DNA of 24,477 bases from Aquificaceae bacterium (lineage in GTDB: Bacteria; Aquificota; Aquificia; Aquificales; Aquificaceae). Position 1 is the first letter of the stretch, and every line of letters starts with the position of its first letter. Below are positions 8,008 through 14,848 of the stretch, one piece after another. Both the position numbers and the translations under genes were made by a program. The DNA is taken from positions 1-24,477 of the forward strand of contig JBCNVD010000040.1 of the NCBI GenBank assembly GCA_039630345.1. Direction: 5' to 3'. The notes under the pieces were generated by a model. The model saw only the letters and a list, made by a program, of their open reading frames with translations, searched no databases and was not told the origin of the DNA.

Positions 8008-9382
8008 TATACAGCTCCCATACAGCGAGGTTGCAGAAAGAGCAGTCATAGGCAGTATGATTCTTGAGCCAGACAGTATACCTTTGGTTCTTGAACATCT
8101 AAGTGAGCGGGACTTTTACTTTGAACACCACAGGGCATTTTTTAGCCTCCTTAGCAAGATATGGGAAGAAAAGGGTAGTAACTGGGATGATGTGGTCCTG
8201 AGAGACTACATAGTCAAAAACGGACTTGCAAATAAACTAAGTCTCGAAATGGCTTATGCATTAGCAAGAGAAGGCACAAAAGGCGCGCTACTTGAAGAGG
8301 CAATAAGAAGTGTTAAAGAAAAATCCGGGATGCGCACGCTTGTGGAACTCTCGCTTGAAGTGCTAAAAAGAGTAAAGCAAGAGCCAGAACTCGGAGAGGT
8401 TATCGAGTTAATCAATTCTAAAGTTCAGGAAATTTCAGAAAGGCACGTTGGACATCAGTTTTATCACATAAGAGATGTCATAAGGCTCGTGCTTGAAATA
8501 ATACAGCGAAGCAGAAGCCAAGACAGAATAATAACAGGCAAACAGAGCGGATTTATAGAACTGGACCAGCTTACCAACGGCTTTCAACAATCAGATTATG
8601 TAGTTATCGCTGCAAGACCCGGGATGGGTAAAAGCTCTTTCATGCTCTCTATAGCGCTAAATATAGCGCTGGAAGAAAAACTGCCAGTAATCATCTACTC
8701 TCTGGAAATGAGCAAAGAACAGCTCATTATGAGAGCACTCTCAATGCACTCTGGAATCCCTCTGCAAAAACTAAGAAACGGCAATTTATTTGATTCAGAG
8801 ATGGAAAAACTAAATCAGGCTGCTCTGGATCTATCCAGAGCAAGCATTCTAATAGATGACTCTGCATCACTTACTGCAACAGACATACGCTTAAGAACCA
8901 GAAAACTCAAAAAAGAGCTCAACCTAGGGGCAGTTTTTATAGACTATCTTCAACTAATAAAAATTTCACAAAAGCGCGCTTCGCGCCAGGAAGAAGTAGC
9001 GGAAATTTCAAGAAACCTAAAGGCCCTTGCGAAAGAGCTCTCTGTTCCAGTAATTGCCCTTGCACAACTATCGCGTCAAGTAGAGCAAAGGGCAGATAAA
9101 CGCCCCCAGCTTGCAGACCTCAGAGAATCAGGACAGATAGAACAAGACGCCGATTTGGTTATTTTTATCCACAGACCCGAGTATTACAAGAAAAAACCCC
9201 TTCCAGAAGAAGAAGGGATTGCGGAAATTATAGTCGCAAAACAAAGGCAAGGACCTACCGGTATAGTAAAACTCGCCTTTTTAAAAGAAACCACTGCATT
9301 CAAACCCCTTCAGGCAGGAATCACAGCATTTACTGATGAAAGCGAAGAAGAATTAGAAGAGGGGACAGACATAGAATTCTAG
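8000..9382 (+). CDS. dnaB: Replicative DNA helicase
   Basis: LPYSEVAERAVIG, AARPGMGKS, SLEMS, IDYLQL, QLSR, DLRESGQIEQDAD, KQRQGPTG; no intein. Confidence 0.97.
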   Translation: MVDIQLPYSEVAERAVIGSMILEPDSIPLVLEHLSERDFYFEHHRAFFSLLSKIWEEKGSNWDDVVLRDYIVKNGLANKLSLEMAYALAREGTKGALLEEAIRSVKEKSGMRTLVELSLEVLKRVKQEPELGEVIELINSKVQEISERHVGHQFYHIRDVIRLVLEIIQRSRSQDRIITGKQSGFIELDQLTNGFQQSDYVVIAARPGMGKSSFMLSIALNIALEEKLPVIIYSLEMSKEQLIMRALSMHSGIPLQKLRNGNLFDSEMEKLNQAALDLSRASILIDDSASLTATDIRLRTRKLKKELNLGAVFIDYLQLIKISQKRASRQEEVAEISRNLKALAKELSVPVIALAQLSRQVEQRADKRPQLADLRESGQIEQDADLVIFIHRPEYYKKKPLPEEEGIAEIIVAKQRQGPTGIVKLAFLKETTAFKPLQAGITAFTDESEEELEEGTDIEF

Positions 9383-9384
9383 AG

Positions 9385-9390
9385 TATAAT
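9385..9390 (+). promoter_or_regulatory. -10 element of the SRP RNA promoter
   Basis: Perfect TATAAT 7 nt before the first paired base of the RNA; GGGACA (9362-9367) at 17-nt spacing as a weak -35. Confidence 0.7.
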
Positions 9391-9397
9391 TTTATTA

Positions 9398-9471
9398 CCC
9401 GCAACGGGACAGGGTTGAACCCCGCCAGGTCCGAAAGGGAGCAACGGTAGACCTGCCGTCTCGGGTGCGGG
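9398..9471 (+). ncRNA. ffs: Small bacterial signal recognition particle RNA (4.5S)
   Basis: GC-rich hairpin: CCCGCA/TGCGGG terminal stem, CGGGAC/GTCTCG stem, and domain IV signature CAGG-TCC-GAAA-GGG-AGCA (cf. E. coli CAGGUCCGGAAGGAAGCAG). Confidence 0.92.
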
Positions 9472-9479
9472 CTAAAGAG

Positions 9480-11399
9480 ATGCTAAACCCGGAGCAGGAG
9501 AGGGCGGTAAAGCATTTTGGCAGACCTCTGCTGGTAGTTGCCGGCGCAGGCTCTGGAAAGACAAAGACCCTCTCTCACAAAGTAGAGTTTCTGGTTAAAG
9601 AAAAGGGCATAGACCCCGCAAGAATTCTGGCAATTACATTTACAAACAAAGCAGGAAAGGAAATTTTTGATAGGGTAAAGAGCGTTGCAGGGGTAGAGCT
9701 ATCCTGGGTAGGGACTTTTCACTCAACCGGGCTAAAACTAATCAGAGAAGAGAGCTCTCATCTTGGCATAAGACCAAATGTAGCGGTTCTTGAAGGTCAG
9801 GAGCGAACAAACCTTCTTAAGCGCATTGCAAAAGAGGCAAATTTGAATCTTCCTGATTTTGAAAACTACATAAACAGAAGAATAGAAGACCTTCAAAAGC
9901 CAGAAGAAAAACTCGAGGAGGTATTCCAAAGATACTTACAAACTCTTAAAGAGTTGAATATGGTTGATTTTTCCACAATAATGTACTATGTTCACAATTT
10001 AGTAACTTCAAAAAAGATTGATAAGTTCGATTTCGTCCTTATAGACGAATTTCAAGACACAAATACTATACAATACGAAATAATTAAGGCTTTAGAAAGA
10101 AAAAATATATGCGTTGTAGGAGATCCAAATCAGTGTATATATGAATGGAGATATGCAAAACCCGAGAATATCTTACACTTTTACAATGACTTTACTCCTG
10201 ATGTTATAAAGCTGGAGCGAAATTACCGTTCTGTGCCAGCGGTTATTTATGTTGCTAACGCAGTTCTTTCAGAATCACGCGCTCAATGGAAAAATTTAAT
10301 CCCGATTTTAAAACCAACCAAATCTGGAGAACAAAAACCCCTGGTTGTTGCATTTAGGAAAGAAGAAGACGAGGCTCTTTACATAGCTTCTGAAATTCAA
10401 AGCCTGATGGCAAGTGTAGCACTTAATCAAATAGCAATCCTTGTCAGAACCAGCTTTATAACAGATAGCATTGAAAGAGCTCTCAAGAGCAAAAGGATTC
10501 CTTATGTGGTTGTTGGAACGGTAAAGTTCTTTGAAAGAGCCGAAATAAAAGATGTACTTTGCTTTTTCAAGCTTTTAACAAATCCTTATGATAAGGTAAG
10601 TTTAGAAAGAGCTATTAAGGTAGCAACAAGAGGAATTGGAGAACGCACCATAGAATTAATATTAGAAGCTGGAGCTGAAAATGCTCTGGCAGGTTGTAAA
10701 TTTGCATTAAATGTTTTGGAAGAAAACAAAAAAGCACAGCTTGAGAAATTTTTACACTCTCTTAGCTACCTACATCAGGGTTTAAAAAACTACGATGAAA
10801 CTATAATCAGGTTTCTTAGCATGATTGACTTTGAAGGATACTTACAAAGAACATATAAAGACTACGAAGACAGGATAGAGAATGTAAAACAGCTCATAAA
10901 ATACCTTAAACAAAAAAGGGCAGAAAACTATACAATACAGGAAGTCATTAATGAAGCGAGCTTTTCAGAAGAAGACGAAGATGATAAAAAAGCGGTAAAG
11001 CTAATGACGATTCACGCAAGTAAAGGTCTGGAGTTTAAAGTAGTTTTCTTGCCAAGATTAGAAGAAGGCATCTTACCACACGAAAAGAGTCTAAATCCAC
11101 AAAAGATAGAAGAAGAGTTAAGACTCTTTTATGTAGCTGTGACAAGAGCTAAGGAAATTCTATATATGACATATTGCACAAACTCAAAGCCAAGCAGGTT
11201 TTTATCTTATATTCCGCCTAACCTCATAAAGACGCAAGTTGGGGCAGCTAGCCCCAGAATACCTTTCAAGGTAGGAGATAGTGTAAATCACCAGCTGTTC
11301 GGTCAGGGGAGAGTGCTTGGAATAGAGGGAGAGAAAGTAACTGTCGAGTTTAAAGTAGGGACAAAGACCATACACCATGCCTTTCTGAAAAAAGTATGA
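9480..11399 (+). CDS. ATP-dependent DNA helicase, UvrD/PcrA/Rep family, with C-terminal Tudor-like domain
   Basis: LNPEQ, AGAGSGKT, TFTNKA, DEFQD, VGDPNQCIYEWR, TIHASKGLEF, RLFYVAVTRA; C-terminal FKVGDSVNHQLFGQG. Start moved to ATG 9480 because GTG 9465 lies inside the SRP RNA stem. Confidence 0.94.
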   Translation: MLNPEQERAVKHFGRPLLVVAGAGSGKTKTLSHKVEFLVKEKGIDPARILAITFTNKAGKEIFDRVKSVAGVELSWVGTFHSTGLKLIREESSHLGIRPNVAVLEGQERTNLLKRIAKEANLNLPDFENYINRRIEDLQKPEEKLEEVFQRYLQTLKELNMVDFSTIMYYVHNLVTSKKIDKFDFVLIDEFQDTNTIQYEIIKALERKNICVVGDPNQCIYEWRYAKPENILHFYNDFTPDVIKLERNYRSVPAVIYVANAVLSESRAQWKNLIPILKPTKSGEQKPLVVAFRKEEDEALYIASEIQSLMASVALNQIAILVRTSFITDSIERALKSKRIPYVVVGTVKFFERAEIKDVLCFFKLLTNPYDKVSLERAIKVATRGIGERTIELILEAGAENALAGCKFALNVLEENKKAQLEKFLHSLSYLHQGLKNYDETIIRFLSMIDFEGYLQRTYKDYEDRIENVKQLIKYLKQKRAENYTIQEVINEASFSEEDEDDKKAVKLMTIHASKGLEFKVVFLPRLEEGILPHEKSLNPQKIEEELRLFYVAVTRAKEILYMTYCTNSKPSRFLSYIPPNLIKTQVGAASPRIPFKVGDSVNHQLFGQGRVLGIEGEKVTVEFKVGTKTIHHAFLKKV

Positions 11400-11420
11400 G
11401 CCTTATCATAAGCCCTAGGC

Positions 11421-11475
11421 TTGAAAGCAAGATTGCAATAGTTATATTCTTAATCATTACCCAAGCTTAAGGAGG
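11421..11475 (+). promoter_or_regulatory. Candidate promoter and SD for the Fe-S carrier gene
   Basis: TTGAAA (11421-11426), 16 nt, TATATT (11443-11448); SD AAGGAGG at 11469-11475, 6 nt before ATG 11482. Confidence 0.6.
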
Positions 11476-11481
11476 TTTGAT

Positions 11482-11826
11482 ATGCAAAAGGTAGCTTTTA
11501 ACTTCTATGCGACAGAGAAAGCAGTCCAAGAAGTTATAAGGATTGCAAAAGAGAACAATATAACAAACCCTGTTCTCAGAGTGAGGGTTGTCCCCGGTGG
11601 ATGCTCCGGATTTCAGTATGCAATGGGCTTTGACGAAAATATTGAAGACAGCGACAATGTATTCGAATTTGGAGAGCTCAAAATTGCAATAGACCAGTTT
11701 TCAATGCCCTATGTCAATAACGCTCAACTTGACTATGTAGTTGACTTTATGGGTGGGGGCTTTACGATTAAAAACCCGAATGTAACAGGCTCTTGTGGCT
11801 GCGGAAGCTCTTTCTCCTGCGGCTAA
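11482..11826 (+). CDS. A-type iron-sulfur cluster carrier (IscA/ErpA/HesB family)
   Basis: GGCSGFQY and C-terminal NPN...SCGCGSSF. Confidence 0.95.
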   Translation: MQKVAFNFYATEKAVQEVIRIAKENNITNPVLRVRVVPGGCSGFQYAMGFDENIEDSDNVFEFGELKIAIDQFSMPYVNNAQLDYVVDFMGGGFTIKNPNVTGSCGCGSSFSCG

Positions 11827-12221
11827 AACTTCTTGCCCCCCTCGGGGGCTTTAATCACCTTGATTTTTACAAATTCTGGCTCTATGTTTATCACTCTAAC
11901 AACAATAGGAGTAACACCTCTTATTTCAACCTTGAGGGTATATTCGCCCTCGCCAAGACCAGACACATCAACAAAAGCCTTTATCTCCTTTAAAAATTTT
12001 TTAGAGTCAAGACCGGGCGCTATTGCGATTCTGATAGTAGCGTTTTTGGAAGCTAGTTTATAGCTAAGTTCTTGGCGAGTCCCGACCACTTCTATTTGTT
12101 TCTCAAGAGTTGTCTGAACTCTCTGGGCAAAATTAAGTAAAGCCCAGAGAAAAAATCCAGCAAACAGGGAAATTAGCTTAAGCAATGGGTCCTGGAATAA
12201 AAAATCCCTAATTGCTCTCAT
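11823..12221 (-). CDS. cdaR: CdaR/YbbR-like regulator, single domain
   Basis: KLISLFAGFFLW TM anchor and AFVDVSGLGEGEY YbbR motif; directly downstream of cdaA. Confidence 0.8.
   Translation of the reverse strand: MRAIRDFLFQDPLLKLISLFAGFFLWALLNFAQRVQTTLEKQIEVVGTRQELSYKLASKNATIRIAIAPGLDSKKFLKEIKAFVDVSGLGEGEYTLKVEIRGVTPIVVRVINIEPEFVKIKVIKAPEGGKKF
11835..11852 (+). terminator. Possible intrinsic terminator for the Fe-S carrier gene, embedded in the cdaR 3' end
   Basis: GCCCCC-CTC-GGGGGC hairpin followed by only TTT, starting 9 nt after the stop. Confidence 0.35.
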
Positions 12222-12960
12222 TTAGAAGTTCCTTCATAAGCAAAGTCCTGAGAAGTTCCTGGTCTAAGTTTCTATGTAGCTTGCCACTTATAGCAAGTGA
12301 AACCTCGCCAGTTTCTTCGGAAACTATAACACAAAGAGCGTCACTCTCTTCAGTTATACCAACACCTGCTCTATGTCGAGTACCGTACTTTTTAGGAATA
12401 TCTGCAGATCGTGATAGCGGTAAGATGCAGGAAGCATAAATCAGTCTATCACCACGCACTACAATAGCACCATCATGAAGAGGCGAAATCGGATTAAAAA
12501 CGGTTATTATCAATTCAGAGCTTAATACCGCGTCGATTACAACGCAACCTTCCAAAATACCCTCAAGACTTTGAGACCTCTCAATAACCACCAGAGCCCC
12601 TATCTGTCTCTCTGAGAGCAAATTGCAGGCTCTTACTATTCTGTCTATTACCATTTCACCGATTTTTCTGTTTTGTAAAAGAGCTCCCCTCTGACCCAGT
12701 TTGCCAAGAGCCTTACGAATCTCTGGCTGGAATATAACAACCAGAGAGAATATACCAACAGCCCATATCTTTTCAAACATCCAGCTAAGGGTTTTTAACT
12801 CAAGGATTTCAGCAAACAACCAGAAAAGACCAAGAATTCCTATCCCGCGAGCTATACTCATACCGCGGGTGAGTCTTAAAAGCTTTAAAATCCAATAGAA
12901 AAATACAGAAACCGCAAGGATATCAATAAGGTCTCTCCAATTTAATAAATCAGGCTCCAT
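12208..12960 (-). CDS. cdaA: Diadenylate cyclase CdaA/DacA
   Basis: Three N-terminal TM helices, IFQPEIR, PLHDGA, GTRHRA, VSEETG. Confidence 0.95.
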   Translation of the reverse strand: MEPDLLNWRDLIDILAVSVFFYWILKLLRLTRGMSIARGIGILGLFWLFAEILELKTLSWMFEKIWAVGIFSLVVIFQPEIRKALGKLGQRGALLQNRKIGEMVIDRIVRACNLLSERQIGALVVIERSQSLEGILEGCVVIDAVLSSELIITVFNPISPLHDGAIVVRGDRLIYASCILPLSRSADIPKKYGTRHRAGVGITEESDALCVIVSEETGEVSLAISGKLHRNLDQELLRTLLMKELLNESN

Positions 12961-14131
12961 AGCAGGTTTTCACACAGTCAAGAAGTGCAAGAAACTCTCT
13001 TGTTTTGGCAACATCGTGAGTTCTTACTATATGGCATCCTTCCATCACCGCGTTTGCAATAGCCCCAAGTCCTGCGCTTAGGCGCTCTTTAGGCTGATAT
13101 TCCCTGCCAAGAAGCCCTTTTAAGAAAAAACCCAGAAATGACTTTCTTGAAACCCCTACCATCGTAGGGAGTCCAAACACTCTTAGTTCCGAAAATCTTC
13201 TTAAGATAGTGAGGTTTTCCAAAGGGCCTTTGCCAAATCCTATTCCCGGATCAATAATAGCAAGACCTTTATAACCACTTTCTTTAAGATAGCTTAAACG
13301 CAGCTCAAGGTCTGATATGACTTCATAAACAACATCCTCGTAAACCGGCGGGTCAGTAAGCCATGTTTCTGGTCTTCCCCGGATATGCCCAATGATATAA
13401 GGGCAGGCATATGAGCTTACTACTTGATAAATCTTTTCGTCAAAGACTCCTCCCGTAACATCGTTTATGATGTCTGCACCGCTCTCGAGTGCCTGTTTTG
13501 CAACCTCTGATTTATAAGTGTCTACAGATATCCAGACATTTGGAAAGTTTTTTCTTATTAATTCAAGAGGCTTAATCAAGCGGGAGAGCTCTTCTTTGGC
13601 ATCTATTCTCTTGGAATTTGGTCTTGTGGATTCTGCCCCGAGGTCTATAATGTCAGCTCCTTCCTCAAGAATTTGCTCCGCACGCTTTAGGGCATCTTCT
13701 GCAGTCTTGATAAGTCCGCCATCGGAGAAAGAATCAGGAGTTAGGTTTATAACGCCCATTATGGCGGTTTTTAATCCAAGGTTTAGGAGCTTTTTGTTAT
13801 ATTCAAGACGGAAATGAAGTTTTCTGTAGTTTGAAATAGTATTTAAAATCTTAAATGCCAGGTCTTTGTGAGATTTAACCACCAGAGAACAAAAAGTATT
13901 TATGTTTTCTCTAGTGCCTATTAACAAAAAGCCTGTTTCTAGCTTTATAAAATCAGTGCAGGAAGCCTTTGAAGCTTGTAATATTTCGGATTCATATTGT
14001 TCATAACCCTCAAAAAAGATCGATAAAAAGCTGGATTTTGGAGCAAGCTTTTCTGTAAACCTGACATTAACACCTTTAGATTTTAGAAAGTGACGAAACT
14101 CCTCCTCTGTTTTAAACTGCTTGATTAACAT
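12950..14131 (-). CDS. folP: Dihydropteroate synthase with N-terminal extension
   Basis: MGVINLTPDSFSDGG, GAESTRP, SVDT, DPGIGFGK, GVSRKSF, RTHDV. Start moved to ATG 14131 (or GTG 14134) to avoid overlap with the divergent gene. Confidence 0.94.
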   Translation of the reverse strand: MLIKQFKTEEEFRHFLKSKGVNVRFTEKLAPKSSFLSIFFEGYEQYESEILQASKASCTDFIKLETGFLLIGTRENINTFCSLVVKSHKDLAFKILNTISNYRKLHFRLEYNKKLLNLGLKTAIMGVINLTPDSFSDGGLIKTAEDALKRAEQILEEGADIIDLGAESTRPNSKRIDAKEELSRLIKPLELIRKNFPNVWISVDTYKSEVAKQALESGADIINDVTGGVFDEKIYQVVSSYACPYIIGHIRGRPETWLTDPPVYEDVVYEVISDLELRLSYLKESGYKGLAIIDPGIGFGKGPLENLTILRRFSELRVFGLPTMVGVSRKSFLGFFLKGLLGREYQPKERLSAGLGAIANAVMEGCHIVRTHDVAKTREFLALLDCVKTCYGA

Positions 14132-14156
14132 CACAAAATAGCATATATTATCATAG
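14121..14156 (+). promoter_or_regulatory. Sigma70-type promoter for the leaderless FrdB/SdhB-like gene, overlapping the divergent folP promoter
   Basis: TTGATT (14121-14126), 17 nt, TATATT (14144-14149), 7 nt, GTG 14157. Minus strand has TATGCT 8 nt before folP ATG and TGA-TAATAT. Confidence 0.68.
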
Positions 14157-14825
14157 GTGGTTTTGAAAATCAGAATAAAGAGGCAAAAGCCTGGCGAAAA
14201 GCCCACTTTTGAGAGTTACGAAGTGCCAGCTAGTGAGGGTATGACCCTCCTTGATGTGCTAAACTTTGTGCGCGATGAGATAGACCCAACCCTTACGGTA
14301 AGGCAGTTTTGCAGAGCGGGAATTTGTGGCACCTGCGGTGTTAATGTAAATGGCTTTCCAAAACTCATCTGTAAAGAGCAAGCTATGCCCTATGCGCTTT
14401 TGAAAAGAGAGGTTACATTCGAGCCTATAAACTTACCAACCATTAAAGACCTGGTGGTAGATCCATCAGATCAAATTAAGAAACTAAAGAGTATGGCTCT
14501 TTGGATTAAAGAAGTTGCCAATAACATACCGCTAGAACCGGAAAAGAGCAAAGAGGTCGAGGAATCCGCTGACTGCATACTCTGCTTCGCCTGTCAATCT
14601 TATTGCCCTCAGATACTTGATGAGTCTTATCTGGGTCCACTTTTTTTTGCAAAGCTATTTAGATTTTCTAGCGACCCAAGAGACAACAATCAGCAAAAGA
14701 GAGTCGAGCAATCAATTCAAGGCGGGCTCTACAGGTGTCTATCCTGCAACAAGTGCAACAATGTTTGCCCAAAAGAGGTGCGCCCGGCCAGCCTTATAAG
14801 AAGCCTTATGCAAAAACCTGCTTAG
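14157..14825 (+). CDS. Fumarate reductase/succinate dehydrogenase iron-sulfur subunit (FrdB/SdhB family), no adjacent flavoprotein
   Basis: [2Fe-2S] motif CRAGICGTC...C; ferredoxin motifs CILCFACQSYCP and CLSCNKCNNVCP; IKDLVVD. Confidence 0.92.
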   Translation: MVLKIRIKRQKPGEKPTFESYEVPASEGMTLLDVLNFVRDEIDPTLTVRQFCRAGICGTCGVNVNGFPKLICKEQAMPYALLKREVTFEPINLPTIKDLVVDPSDQIKKLKSMALWIKEVANNIPLEPEKSKEVEESADCILCFACQSYCPQILDESYLGPLFFAKLFRFSSDPRDNNQQKRVEQSIQGGLYRCLSCNKCNNVCPKEVRPASLIRSLMQKPA

Positions 14826-14848
14826 AGGCGATTAAAATAAAAAACCCG

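Noticed and set aside
9165..9173. Perfect DnaA box TTATCCACA
   Set aside because: Single copy noticed, inside the dnaB CDS at the conserved F-I-H-R codons; no cluster or AT-rich unwinding region, so no evidence for an origin.
9465..9479. ORF-track GTG start of the helicase
   Set aside because: Lies in the SRP RNA closing stem; ATG 9480 gives the family-typical MLNPEQ start.
8000..11399. Adjacent DnaB and UvrD helicases as a possible defence or phage replication module; possible DnaB intein
   Set aside because: Both look like ordinary host enzymes of normal length, with no nuclease, integrase or phage genes nearby and no intein-sized insertion.
11410..11422. Hairpin AAGCC-CTA-GGCTT after the helicase as a terminator or IscR-type site
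   Set aside because: Only a 5-bp stem, no U-tract, overlaps the candidate -35; too weak to call.
14132..14206. ORF-track N-terminus of folP
   Set aside because: Would overlap the divergent gene head-to-head and runs through the promoter elements.
14735..14848. 38-aa N-terminal extension of SulP in the ORF track
   Set aside because: Overlaps the conserved Cys motif of the FrdB-like gene in another frame; SulP-like sequence begins near ATG 14849.
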